Program-made: the position numbers and the translations under genes
Notes under the pieces: model-generated
The model's database searches: none
What the model saw: only the letters and a program-made list of their open reading frames with translations
What the model was told of the DNA's origin: nothing
Shown here: positions 9,429-19,369 of the stretch, in pieces
How positions within the stretch are numbered: position 1 is the stretch's first letter
How the letters are laid out: each line of letters starts with the position of its first letter
NCBI GenBank assembly: GCA_049516875.1
Contig: JBEKSS010000006.1
Coordinates: forward strand, 32,001-96,000
Direction: 5' to 3'
Length of the DNA stretch: 64,000 bases
Source of the DNA: Candidatus Bathyarchaeia archaeon
GTDB taxonomy: Archaea; Thermoproteota; Bathyarchaeia; Bathyarchaeales; Bathycorpusculaceae

Positions 9429-9812
9429 TTGGAAATGGTTCTGTTGGTCAAGGACATCAATTGGGAAAAGTGGAAACAAGAAATACTGAAACAAAAGAGT
9501 TTCATTGACAAATATGGCGATGAATATAAAGAAATAATCCTTGGCGAAGTGTCCGATCTCACTCCTTCTGGTAGCCATCGTGACTTTGGTAGACCTGCTC
9601 GCAATCTCCTAGCGACAGGTTCGTATGGAGGTTATCTAAAGACATCTCAACTTGGTTCTCGCCCGCCTACTCAGGATGAGCAAGAAGATAGTGCTTGGTG
9701 GAGAGACTTGCGTAATGAGGGGAAAAAACATCAAATCTACATAACACCTTCAGACAAAGACCGCAAGATCATCGTGGCTGGAATGAAGATAAAAGATAGA
9801 TCAGAAACGTGA
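9429..9812 (+). CDS. Hypothetical protein, start uncertain
   Basis: 127-aa ORF with protein-like composition, AT-richer than neighbours; no recognised motif. Confidence 0.5.
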   Translation: MEMVLLVKDINWEKWKQEILKQKSFIDKYGDEYKEIILGEVSDLTPSGSHRDFGRPARNLLATGSYGGYLKTSQLGSRPPTQDEQEDSAWWRDLRNEGKKHQIYITPSDKDRKIIVAGMKIKDRSET

Positions 9813-9931
9813 TTCATTTCTCTTAGTAGTCATCCGACGATTTTTTACATGAACCCAAATCCGACGGAGACTTTACAGAACCAAGGAAAAATACACTTAA
9901 GAGCCGGAATTCTTACTTCCAGGTGGGAAAC

Positions 9932-11056
9932 ATGTTCTTTCACGTGATACTTACCACCGAATGCAATTCACAGTGCCGATACTGCTTTGGCGAAGCATTG
10001 GACGATTTGGATGAGGATTTCTCAGACATTGAAGTTGATTATTCCCTTCCTAGAAACATGAGTTACGACGTTGCTTTGCTGGACAAGCTGTGCCAGCGAG
10101 ACAATGACTGTGTCTTGACGTTCTACGGTGGAGAACCTTTGATCTGTGTTGACAAGATCAAGCAGATCATGGATAACGTTAGGGCCAAGCTCTTCATGGT
10201 TCAAACTAACGGCCTGCTCCTAGACCGCTTGGAACCAGAATATGTGAACCGCTTTCACACGATCCTGGTTTCCATAGACGGTGATGAGGCGTTGACTGAC
10301 TTCTACCGTGGAAACGGAACGTTCAAGAAGCTCATTAGCAACTTGAAGCTGATTAAACGAAACGGTTTTCGCGGTGAACTAATAGCCAGAATGACGGTGA
10401 TGGAGCAGACCGAAATATACAAGCAGGTCAGATGGCTCTTGGAGAATGACGAGTTTCCATTCACTTCAGTGCACTGGCAGTTGAACGCGGGATTCTGGAA
10501 GAACGATTTCTCAAGGAGAGATTTCAAGCGGTGGAGCGAAGAAAACTATGATCCCGGGATCAGGAAGTTGGTCGGATTCTGGGTTGACACCATGGAAGAG
10601 GAGGGCGTTGTGTTGCGCCTTTATCCGTTCCTGGGGATAGCTGAATCGCTTCTTTCAGGCGAAGAGAAGACCCTTCTGCGGTGCGGGGGAGGATGGATAA
10701 ACTATGCCATACAAACAGACGGTTACATTGTTCCCTGTCCAACAATGTGGGGAATGAAAGACTACTATCTCGGGCACGTCGCCAGCGCAGACCCTTTGAA
10801 ACTGAAAAAAGTCCATATTGGTCAACCATGTACTAAATGCGACGCCTTCAATTTATGTGGCGGCCGATGCCTATATGCAATCGTGACTAAACGTTGGAAC
10901 CCAGAAGCATACGGACAGATATGCAGTACAGTTCGCAACCTGATACAAACAGTCTCTAGCGAAGTTCCTAGGATAAGAGAACTTATCGATATGGGGAAAG
11001 TCATACCCACGGATTTTGAATACATGAAATACAATGGATGCGAGATAATTCCCTAA
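9932..11056 (+). CDS. Radical SAM/SPASM protein, AF0577 (TIGR04084)-like
   Basis: CxxxCxxC, FYGGEP, C-terminal CxxCxxxxxCxGxC SPASM cysteines, ends YNGCEIIP. Confidence 0.9.
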   Translation: MFFHVILTTECNSQCRYCFGEALDDLDEDFSDIEVDYSLPRNMSYDVALLDKLCQRDNDCVLTFYGGEPLICVDKIKQIMDNVRAKLFMVQTNGLLLDRLEPEYVNRFHTILVSIDGDEALTDFYRGNGTFKKLISNLKLIKRNGFRGELIARMTVMEQTEIYKQVRWLLENDEFPFTSVHWQLNAGFWKNDFSRRDFKRWSEENYDPGIRKLVGFWVDTMEEEGVVLRLYPFLGIAESLLSGEEKTLLRCGGGWINYAIQTDGYIVPCPTMWGMKDYYLGHVASADPLKLKKVHIGQPCTKCDAFNLCGGRCLYAIVTKRWNPEAYGQICSTVRNLIQTVSSEVPRIRELIDMGKVIPTDFEYMKYNGCEIIP

Positions 11057-11116
11057 GAAACGATGTCTGGAAAACCATTATTAGGTTAGTTTCACAAATC
11101 ACTACTGGTGGTTTGC

Positions 11117-11443
11117 ATGTCTGTGACTTTGCGTGATGCTCAGCATTTGTGTTGGAAGAATTTTAAGAAAATCAATGAGAAGCTTGACCCTGAGCGGGGT
11201 AAGATGTGGACACCATTTGTCATGGTCACTGACTTGCTTGAGGAGGCTGGGGAGGCGGCTGCCGTGGTTAAAGGGCTGGAAGGGTTCAAGCCGCCTGAAA
11301 AACCCAAGACAAAGGAGATGCTGGCCACCGAACTCTCAGACCTGCTCTACATAATATTCGTTCTGGCAGAACACTACGGCATAGAACTCGAAGACTCGTT
11401 TCTCCAAACCGTAAACGATTACATACTCAGGTTCATAAAATAA
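11117..11443 (+). CDS. MazG-like NTP pyrophosphohydrolase
   Basis: EEAGE...ELSD acidic metal motif. Confidence 0.85.
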   Translation: MSVTLRDAQHLCWKNFKKINEKLDPERGKMWTPFVMVTDLLEEAGEAAAVVKGLEGFKPPEKPKTKEMLATELSDLLYIIFVLAEHYGIELEDSFLQTVNDYILRFIK

Positions 11444-11599
11444 GATTGTATGAACGCACGCTGTGTACGCCTGCAGTACGTATCGAATCTCGACATATGT
11501 CAAGCTGCGAAACAAGCTCTATATTAAGTCATACGATATGATATGTAGATAAGTACAACTTGAGAACAGTTGAACACAAATACAAAAGGTGTAAGTCAT

Positions 11600-12040
11600 A
11601 TGGAGAATCTGTCCCCATCAACCAAGTACAAACACAAGGCATGTTCAGATCCAGATTTGATAGAAGTGCAAAGCGTTTCTTGTGAAGTGCATGCATCAAA
11701 GGAGTCGTCGCTGCTCAATCGTGGTTTCGAGAAGCTGTTGCTGGACGCGGTAGATGAAGGGCTTGCTTGGCTTGGTGAGTCGGCAAGTCGGGCGATCTAC
11801 TATCATTTAGAAAACGATTTCAACATCAAAAGGCAGGACATTCCCTGCAAGATTGAAGGGTTCGCAGATGCGATCGAGAAAATTTTTGGGGCCGCAGCCG
11901 GGCTTCTTGAGATTGAAATAATGAAGAAGCTACATGAGAAGGTTGGAGACTCTTTCAGATATTTTCCAGAACAAAAAAACTTGGTGTTCACCGAGTACAT
12001 TAAGACCATTAAATTTTTGGATCTGAACAAGCTCCTTTGA
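11600..12040 (+). CDS. NitrOD5/DUF3227-domain protein
   Basis: LLLDAVDEGL..LGES...IYYHLE...FADAIEKIFG...LEIEI pattern. Confidence 0.72.
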   Translation: MENLSPSTKYKHKACSDPDLIEVQSVSCEVHASKESSLLNRGFEKLLLDAVDEGLAWLGESASRAIYYHLENDFNIKRQDIPCKIEGFADAIEKIFGAAAGLLEIEIMKKLHEKVGDSFRYFPEQKNLVFTEYIKTIKFLDLNKLL

Positions 12041-12237
12041 TTGACCATTCTTGCTTGGCTCGTGGATGCTGATCTGTACGTCTAACATTCTACGCCTACT
12101 CATCGACACAATACCTATTCTATTAAGCACGTATCTCTAGTTTCTTTTGCTTTTGAGATAAGATGGCTTCACAACTGTTCGCACAAACTAGCGAGCGCGA
12201 AACGATTACGTACTGAGGTTCATCAAGTAGAATTGCA

Positions 12238-12984
12238 TTAAACCTTTATGCCTGAAAATGTTTGCAGCGCAGGGTATTTCATACCGTACCTTTCTATCAG
12301 CAGGCCGAGGCTTCTCTCTACAGCCTCATCGAACCAGACTTGAGCGAACCCCAGGTCTTGTTTTGCCACTTCTGGCGAAAACCAGATGTTTGTATCAACG
12401 ATTTTTGTTTGAATTTTTGTTAGCTTGGCGTTTTTCATTGCTTCAACTATTTCATCTGGTCTGAAAAAGCAGTCTCCACTTTCCTTGTGAAGCCTTATGT
12501 AGATTTCTTCAGCCTTGTTTCTTGCCTTCGTACTCAACTCAGTGAGGCAAACCTTTCCGTCCTTCTTGACGATGCGAGCCATCTCTTTCACAATTTTGGC
12601 CATGTTCTCTGGATGCCTTAGCTCCTCAAGAAGGCGGTAACTCACAACCATATCGGCAACTCCGTTGGATATGACGCCTTTGAGATCAGCTGCATCCTTC
12701 TTAACGAGAGTAACTTTTTCCTTGACCTTATATCTATCCAGTCGTGCCCTAAATTCTTCTAGGTGCTCATCCGAATCATCAACAGCGGTCACTTGTCCGC
12801 TTGCGCCGACGGCTCTTGCTACTGAAGCGGTGAAGCCTCCTTGTCCACAGCCTACGTCGACAACTGTCATGCCTCTCTTTGCACCGATTTCTCTTGCAAG
12901 CTTCAGTTTTAGGTTAAATATGGCATCTTCAAGGCTTTTTGAATTAGTAATAGTCCACATCATCCACACATTCTTGCACTTCAA
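12238..12984 (-). CDS. Class I SAM-dependent methyltransferase (UbiE-like)
   Basis: VVDVGCGQG motif I; EMARIVKKDG. Confidence 0.88.
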   Translation of the reverse strand: MKCKNVWMMWTITNSKSLEDAIFNLKLKLAREIGAKRGMTVVDVGCGQGGFTASVARAVGASGQVTAVDDSDEHLEEFRARLDRYKVKEKVTLVKKDAADLKGVISNGVADMVVSYRLLEELRHPENMAKIVKEMARIVKKDGKVCLTELSTKARNKAEEIYIRLHKESGDCFFRPDEIVEAMKNAKLTKIQTKIVDTNIWFSPEVAKQDLGFAQVWFDEAVERSLGLLIERYGMKYPALQTFSGIKV

Positions 12985-13015
12985 AGAACTGCAGAACCGA
13001 AAAAAGGAGAAGAGT

Positions 13016-13285
13016 TTATGCCTTCTTGTATACCATATCGGTTTCTCTGACGCGTTGCATCACTTTCAGGCCTATGCTTTGTCCTGGCTCAGCCCTCTGG
13101 ACATTCTCATGCTCAATCTGCATCGAATCAACGCGTTGCTCAAAATCCGTTGTCGGACCCTTAATGGCTATAGTGTCACCTACGCTCAAGGCAGCCTTAA
13201 GCTCGATAACTGCGACGTTGATCTTTGAGAAGAAGTGCGTTATTCGTCCAACTTCTACAAATTTCTCTTCGCCCAAACATTTCAA
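13016..13285 (-). CDS. Small beta-barrel protein (EF-Tu domain II / U32 C-terminal-like)
   Basis: VGRITHFFSKINVA...LSVGDTI...SMQIEH...GQSIGLKV. Confidence 0.8.
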   Translation of the reverse strand: MKCLGEEKFVEVGRITHFFSKINVAVIELKAALSVGDTIAIKGPTTDFEQRVDSMQIEHENVQRAEPGQSIGLKVMQRVRETDMVYKKA

Positions 13286-13322
13286 CCTCTACAAGTACTA
13301 GGAGCATTTTATAATAAATAAC

Positions 13323-14612
13323 TTATTGAATGACGCTGCTTTCGAGGTATGTTGGAAAGGCTCTTATGATTTTTGCGGGCACGAACTTGCCAATCAGCTT
13401 GGAAGCGCACTTAACCGCAACCGGTTTGTAGGAAAAATTCCGACCAACCCAAGAACCTGGAACCTTGCCAACTTCGTCTACCAGAATCCCCCCACTCCAA
13501 CCAACCCAACGCTGATTGTTCATAAGCGAAAGCCTCTTGGCCAATGTGCTTGCCATGGTGCTTCTGCGTTTGATTTCTGACAAGGGCACAGAGTCCTTTT
13601 GCATTTTAGCTGCAGCTGTCTTCGGTCTCGCGAAGAACTTCGAGACGTTCACTATGTCAGGCGTAACCTCTTCTATCAACTGCAAAGTCCTTTGGAAAGC
13701 CTCTTCGGTTTCACCCGGAAAACCGCAAATCACATCCGTAGCCAAGGTTATGTCGGGGAACCTTGCTCTGAAAGCTTCTACTACCCTTTTGAAGTCGTTA
13801 ACACAGTAGAATCTTCGCATGCACTTCAAAACGTCATCGTCTCCGCTTTGCACAGGCAGGTGAATGAACTTGAAGATTCTATCATCCTGAAAAGCTTGGA
13901 CCAGCTCTTCTAGGATGTCTAAGGCATTGTTAGGAGTCATCATACCTACGCGAACCCTGAAGTCCTCATCAATCCTGCATAAGGCGTGAAGCAACGTAGC
14001 AAGGTTCGCTCCTTTGTCTTTACCATAGCACGCAGTGTCCTGTGAAGTGATCCAAAACTCTCGCAAACCCGAGGCCAGGTCTTCCCTAACCCTTCCTACG
14101 ATGTCTTGGATGTCGTAACTCCTCAAACGCCCTCTGGCAAAAACCACACAGCAATAAGCGCATGAGCCCAAACAGCCATAGTTTATGGGAACGATGCTTG
14201 TCACCGGATTTGACTGCAATCGAGGAAGATTTAGCTTGGGAAGGTCATTCAGAGTTTCTTCAAGGGCAATTACCTTCTCACCTTTTGAAACACGATTCAC
14301 AACTTCAACAATTCCTTCACCTGCCGCTGGACCCATAGCTCCGCTGAAGGACACCTCCTGCTGCAACCTTTCAAAATTGATCAAGGGCAAGCACCCAGCA
14401 ACGATCAATTTTTTTTCCAGAGGAATCCGCTTGGAAATCTCAATCATGCGATTCTCAGTGGGTCCCTTAACCGCACAAGTATTCAAAACAATCACGTCAG
14501 CCGATGAAACAGAACCTACCAGCTTGTACCCTGCACGCGCAAGACAGCCTGCTAGGATGGCCCCATCAGCGAAGTTTGTTGAACAACCGAAACTCTTGAC
14601 AAGAACTCGCAT
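13323..14612 (-). CDS. mtaB: tRNA t6A37 methylthiotransferase (archaeal e-MtaB/CDKAL1 type)
   Basis: UPF0004 (SFGC, NTCAVK, AGC), CLGSCAYC radical SAM motif, C-terminal TRAM. Confidence 0.9.
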   Translation of the reverse strand: MRVLVKSFGCSTNFADGAILAGCLARAGYKLVGSVSSADVIVLNTCAVKGPTENRMIEISKRIPLEKKLIVAGCLPLINFERLQQEVSFSGAMGPAAGEGIVEVVNRVSKGEKVIALEETLNDLPKLNLPRLQSNPVTSIVPINYGCLGSCAYCCVVFARGRLRSYDIQDIVGRVREDLASGLREFWITSQDTACYGKDKGANLATLLHALCRIDEDFRVRVGMMTPNNALDILEELVQAFQDDRIFKFIHLPVQSGDDDVLKCMRRFYCVNDFKRVVEAFRARFPDITLATDVICGFPGETEEAFQRTLQLIEEVTPDIVNVSKFFARPKTAAAKMQKDSVPLSEIKRRSTMASTLAKRLSLMNNQRWVGWSGGILVDEVGKVPGSWVGRNFSYKPVAVKCASKLIGKFVPAKIIRAFPTYLESSVIQ

Positions 14613-14818
14613 TGTATTCCCATCACGATACGTTAAATGCTTCAACAAGAAATAAAAACATAAGGGTTGGCGCTTAGAGGAATTTACAGAAATCTGAAAT
14701 GGAGCGTACACAAGCTTTAAAAAGGCATGGCTAGGCATATCTGTCACATATTTATAGCATGTTATACAGCACTATAAGTTTGAAAATCGCTTTTCATGCT
14801 GCCTTGGAGGGAGATGAG

Positions 14819-14974
14819 TTGAAGCTAATCACTCTTTACGTGCCTGAGACCTATCTTAAGGCGTTGGATCAGCTTGTAGGCGAAAGGTTTTACCCGAACA
14901 GGGCGGAGGCAATTCGCGTGGCTATCCGTGACCTGATCAATGATGAGCTTTGGCGGAGGAACCGAGTTGGCTGA
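14819..14974 (+). CDS. cdrS: CopG/RHH regulator, CdrS-like
   Basis: MKLITLYVPETYLKALDQLV...YPNRAEAIRVAIRDL; TTG start after GGAGGG; overlaps ftsZ. Confidence 0.85.
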   Translation: MKLITLYVPETYLKALDQLVGERFYPNRAEAIRVAIRDLINDELWRRNRVG

Positions 14975-16079
14975 AATGCACCCTGCTGAAAACGCTTTGA
15001 AGTACAGTTGGCATTTTTCTGGAAGTGAAGGGATCAGGCAGCCTGGTTACTGTCGAATAGTGGTTATTGGTGTCGGCGGGGCGGGAAACAACACGGTGAC
15101 GCGACTGATGGAAGCTGGCATAACGTGCGCGGAGTGCATTGCAATAAACACGGACGCCCTTCATCTGAACGTCTCGAAAGCAAATCAGAAGATGCTGATA
15201 GGCGAGAAACTCACTAAGGGACTAGGAGTTGGTGGCGATCCGAAACTTGGCAAGGTAGCCATCGAGGAGTCAAAGAAACGTGTTGAAGATATGCTTTCAA
15301 ACGTCGACATAGCGTTCATAACAGCTGGTTTGGGTGGCGGAACGGGGACAGGTGCAGCTCCAGTTATCGCTGACATAGCTAGGCGGAAGGGAGCAATCAC
15401 TGTCGGCGTTGTAACCACGCCATTCCGTATTGAAAAGGGGAGAAACGAATATGCAGCCATCGCTCTGAGCGAAATGCGGAGAAGATGTGACACAGTGGTG
15501 GTTATTGACAACAACAAGCTCATGCAACTCGTACCACAGCTGCCGATAAGTGAAGCTTTCAGGGTTGCAGACCAAGTCCTAGCAAACATGATCAAAGGCA
15601 TTGTTGAGACAATCTCAACTCCTAGTTTGATTAATCTAGACTTTGCAGACTTCAAGACAATCGTCAGCCGCGGAGGAGTAGCCGTCGTTGGAGTAGGCGA
15701 ATCTGATGCACCAAACAGGGCAGAAGAGGCAGTGCGTAATGCCCTGAGGACACCATTGTTGGACGTCGACTATGCAGGAGCCACAGGAGCCTTGGTGCAC
15801 GTTACTGGTGACAATCAGATGACGATCGAGGAGGCAAATCGTGTTGGTGAAATAGTGACCGAGATGATGGACTGCAATGCTCTGGTCATCTGGGGGGCAA
15901 GGGTGAATCCGCAGCAAAACGGCAAACTGAAAGTGATGCTAGTCATGACAGGGGTAAACTCACCTCACATACTGAGTGGCTTCGGGACAATAGCGCCACG
16001 GCTCTTTAACTTGGAACCCTACGCAGAACCCGAAAAACCACTTAACGTGGACATAGGCCTTTACCAGATGGAAAACTAA
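14967..16079 (+). CDS. ftsZ: Cell division protein FtsZ (FtsZ2-like context)
   Basis: GVGGAGNN, GGGTGTG, LINLDFAD T7 loop. Confidence 0.97.
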   Translation: MAEMHPAENALKYSWHFSGSEGIRQPGYCRIVVIGVGGAGNNTVTRLMEAGITCAECIAINTDALHLNVSKANQKMLIGEKLTKGLGVGGDPKLGKVAIEESKKRVEDMLSNVDIAFITAGLGGGTGTGAAPVIADIARRKGAITVGVVTTPFRIEKGRNEYAAIALSEMRRRCDTVVVIDNNKLMQLVPQLPISEAFRVADQVLANMIKGIVETISTPSLINLDFADFKTIVSRGGVAVVGVGESDAPNRAEEAVRNALRTPLLDVDYAGATGALVHVTGDNQMTIEEANRVGEIVTEMMDCNALVIWGARVNPQQNGKLKVMLVMTGVNSPHILSGFGTIAPRLFNLEPYAEPEKPLNVDIGLYQMEN

Positions 16080-16113
16080 GTAATCCGTCCTTTTTTCCTT
16101 TCACTCAGGAAAA

Positions 16114-16755
16114 CTAGAGCTTTCTTTTGTTGATTGCAATTATTCTTTTCAGCCTAATCGCCAATGGTATTGATCTGCCGAAAGGTTGACACTGGCCTTC
16201 ACTTATCGCCTTGATAACGTCATCCACATCAGGCTCGGCATTTACCACAGTGTACGCACATCCAATTTCAGGACCATAGTGAGCGTCACTGCCCGCCAAA
16301 CGCGGCTTTCCAAGACGGGAAGCGATTTTCATGCTCTGCTTCACAGCATAGCTGAACGGAATTGCTGAGGAATTTATTACCTCGACAGCATCAAAACTGG
16401 AGTTGGTGTGTTTTCCCAAACTCCCTTTGAAAAGACCTATTGGGTGACAAGCTACTGCAATGCCGCCCGCATCGTGAATCCTGTTGACAGTTTCACTCGC
16501 GCTTAACTTTCCCGAGACTCGTTCGGTAACATTGAGCGCAACGACATGACCGTCTGAACTTGAAATCTCAATCCCTGGAATGATCAGAAAATCTGTTTCA
16601 GCAGCTATCTTTAATGCGCCGTCAAGCCTGTCATGATCTGTTATTGCCACTCCATCCAAACCGCGTTTCTTGGCGTAGAAAACAAGCTCTTCGGGCGTGA
16701 TCAACGAGTCGACCGAGTAGCAAGTGTGCACGTGCATGTCAATTTTCAATTGCAA
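16114..16755 (-). CDS. PHP-domain metal-dependent phosphoesterase
   Basis: DMHVHT, AITDHD, GSDAH. Confidence 0.9.
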   Translation of the reverse strand: MQLKIDMHVHTCYSVDSLITPEELVFYAKKRGLDGVAITDHDRLDGALKIAAETDFLIIPGIEISSSDGHVVALNVTERVSGKLSASETVNRIHDAGGIAVACHPIGLFKGSLGKHTNSSFDAVEVINSSAIPFSYAVKQSMKIASRLGKPRLAGSDAHYGPEIGCAYTVVNAEPDVDDVIKAISEGQCQPFGRSIPLAIRLKRIIAINKRKL

Positions 16756-16777
16756 GAGTTCACAGCCCGATTCTGCC

Positions 16778-18475
16778 TCAAGCAGCTTTTGCCAAGTTGG
16801 CTCTAATCTTCTCTAGTCTTTTTTCCAGTTCTTCTCCGTTAACATCTATCTTTTTGAACAGAGGCTTTGGCTTGGTTATTTTGTGGTTGGGCGGCAACGG
16901 TTTTAAGGCTTCATCCCACTCCTGTTCATGGACAGTTCCTGACAGGTTAAGGGTTTTCCAGATCTCTTCCGCAGCAAACGGAATGAAGGGGGCCGAAACT
17001 ATCGCCAAGGCTTTGGCTATCTGTGCCGCTACGTTGAAGATGTTTGCCGCCTCACGCCGATTATCTTTAAAAAGTTTCCATGGTTCTTTCTCGTTCAGAT
17101 ATTGGTTTCCAATGCGGCTGATGCCTATCATGAGGTTTGCGGCAGATTGCAGCCTGCAGTTCTCAATCTCGTTGGCGACTGTCTCCACCTTGTCCTTCAG
17201 AGTGTTGAGGGTTTGCTCAGCATCTTTATCAGGCGTTTCGAGTTTCGGAATTTCTCCGTTGAACTGCGTGCTGATGAATGTCAGTGTTCGGTGAACAAAG
17301 TTGCCGAAAGTGTCGTTCAGGTCTCCGTTGACCTTCTCAATGAATAGCTCCCATGAGAAGTTTGAGTCCTTAGTCTCAGGCCTCGTTGACATCAGGTAGT
17401 AACGCCAGTAATCTGCTGGGAAAAGCTCCAGCGCTTCGTCTACCCATATGCCGATTCTTTGGCTCTTTGAAGCTTTTTCGCCTTTGAACTGGAGGAATTC
17501 GGTTGTGGAAACGTTCCACGGCAAATTGTAATCTTCACCCGAAGCTAAGAGTAACGCCGGAAGGATTATCGTATGGAACGGAATGTTGTCTTTACCAATG
17601 AAGTACAGGGTCTTGGCTTCCTTGTCAAACCAGTATTGCTTCCATTGATCTGGTTCGTCACGGTTTTTGAAATACTCGATTGTCGCTGAAACGTAGCCTA
17701 AGACAGCCTCAACCCAGACGTACACTCTCTTGTCTTCAGCTCCTGGGAAAGGCGCTACAATGCCCCAGCTAATGTCTCTGGTAACCGCTCTAGGTTTCAG
17801 GCCTTCTTTCACCATGTTCAAGCTGAAGTTCTTGGCGTTGTCTGGCAACTGTTTATTGCCTTTCAAGTAGCTGCTGATTTCTTTTGAGAATCTTGGCAGA
17901 TCAAAGTACCAGTGAGTGGTTTTTCTTGTAACCGGCTTGCTTCTGCAGATTGCACAGTGCGGTTCAATTAGAAGTGTTGTTTCCAGTAATCGTCCGCACG
18001 CTTCACATTGGTCTCCGCGTGCGCGTTCATAACCACAGTATGGGCACTTACCTCCAACGTATCTGTCTGGCAGAAAGCGGCTACACTTCTCACAATAGAG
18101 CATTTCTGTTTCCTGAGTGAAAATGTAACCTTTGTTGTAGATTTTCATCAGGTGCTGTTGCACAAACTCATTGTGCACGGGGTTTTCGGTGCGCGTGTAA
18201 TTATCGAAAGAGAGACCCCATTTCTTGAACAATTCAACAATCTTCGCATGGTTCCTGTCGGTCAACTGCTTTGGTGAGATACCGAGTTTTATGGCTTCGA
18301 CTTCTGTTGGCGTTCCATGCTCATCCGACCCACTGACCATCAGCACCTCTTCGCCTTTCAACCTATAGTATCTGGCAACAACATCAGCAGACAAGCATTG
18401 CAAAACCGTACCTAGGTGGGGAAGGTAGTTCGCGTACGGCCAAGCAGAGGTTACCAAGATTTTTTCTCGTTTCAA
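16778..18475 (-). CDS. metG: Methionine--tRNA ligase (no C-terminal tRNA-binding domain)
   Basis: TSAWPY..HLG, GSDEHG, Zn knuckles, GKDNIPFH, KASKS. Confidence 0.96.
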   Translation of the reverse strand: MKREKILVTSAWPYANYLPHLGTVLQCLSADVVARYYRLKGEEVLMVSGSDEHGTPTEVEAIKLGISPKQLTDRNHAKIVELFKKWGLSFDNYTRTENPVHNEFVQQHLMKIYNKGYIFTQETEMLYCEKCSRFLPDRYVGGKCPYCGYERARGDQCEACGRLLETTLLIEPHCAICRSKPVTRKTTHWYFDLPRFSKEISSYLKGNKQLPDNAKNFSLNMVKEGLKPRAVTRDISWGIVAPFPGAEDKRVYVWVEAVLGYVSATIEYFKNRDEPDQWKQYWFDKEAKTLYFIGKDNIPFHTIILPALLLASGEDYNLPWNVSTTEFLQFKGEKASKSQRIGIWVDEALELFPADYWRYYLMSTRPETKDSNFSWELFIEKVNGDLNDTFGNFVHRTLTFISTQFNGEIPKLETPDKDAEQTLNTLKDKVETVANEIENCRLQSAANLMIGISRIGNQYLNEKEPWKLFKDNRREAANIFNVAAQIAKALAIVSAPFIPFAAEEIWKTLNLSGTVHEQEWDEALKPLPPNHKITKPKPLFKKIDVNGEELEKRLEKIRANLAKAA

Positions 18476-19036
18476 AGTAACTCCCCAACATAATGTTTAG
18501 TTACAGATTACAGGATCTGTTACTTATGTACTGCGTTTTCAACGTAGAATACTGGTTTCCTAAGGTTTCTCGTTCACTTGGGCTTCCTCACCGCTTCACG
18601 TTCAATGTGCTACAGGAGATTTGAACACGGATTTCATGCTGTGAGCAATGTCTTTTTTTCACAGAATTTTGGGTTTTCTGAAGATAAGAATCAAGAGTCA
18701 CACGCGCAACTTGAACGAAATGTCTGGCGAACAAAAGGTCATTAAATGGCATTACCACAAAATAGGATGAAATGATGTGGATTTCGGTAGGCATGTTTCT
18801 AACTGAAATCACTCTGCTCAGCCTGCCCGAGCGCACTTGGATCATATTTGACCCATATACTGAACCCGAGGTAGGGCAGGTGTGTACACACTTGCGAAGT
18901 GCGCTCTGGATCCGCTGAAATGTAACCCGCGCGAGGTGATACAGTTTGGTTATTAAGCATCTATTTCCTTGCTCCATATGTGTTAAATATGGCGGTTTCG
19001 TTAGTCTCGACGTGCCATGGTGGTGTAATAGACAAA

Positions 19037-19369
19037 ATGTTAGATGTGTTGATGTGGATTTTTTGGTTCCTTTTCGGTGCGTACAGCTTCTGGTTTTTGA
19101 CGCACGCCAAAAGATCGCAACCTTTGACATTGGATGAACTTGTTATTCTTTGGAAAATACATAAGCAACAAGCAAGATGCAACACACCACTGTCAAGAGT
19201 GAAGCCTATCATAGACTCGCGTTCGAACGAGTTTTCGGGGTTCAGGTGCGAGTGCGGCTACGAATATCAATCGAAACGCCTAATACTTCAGAGGCATGCA
19301 CTTGACAATAACATGTTTGCTGCAGTGTCTTCCAGCAACGGAGAACGATCGTCGCTTCTAAAGACCTAG
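19037..19369 (+). CDS. Hypothetical membrane-anchored Zn-binding protein
   Basis: N-terminal TM helix; H...C and CECG residues. Confidence 0.65.
   Translation: MLDVLMWIFWFLFGAYSFWFLTHAKRSQPLTLDELVILWKIHKQQARCNTPLSRVKPIIDSRSNEFSGFRCECGYEYQSKRLILQRHALDNNMFAAVSSSNGERSSLLKT

Noticed and set aside
8900-9900. Integron cassette array
   Set aside because: No attC-like RYYYAAC...GTTRRRY hairpins identified and no integrase
18821-18906. HDV-like ribozyme
   Set aside because: Crossed helices and a GCGAA segment are suggestive, but 35 nt separate P2 from the P1 3' strand and there is no canonical P3/L3/P1.1
18588-19130. 180-aa minus-strand ORF
   Set aside because: Atypical composition; overlaps the better-supported plus-strand gene at 19037
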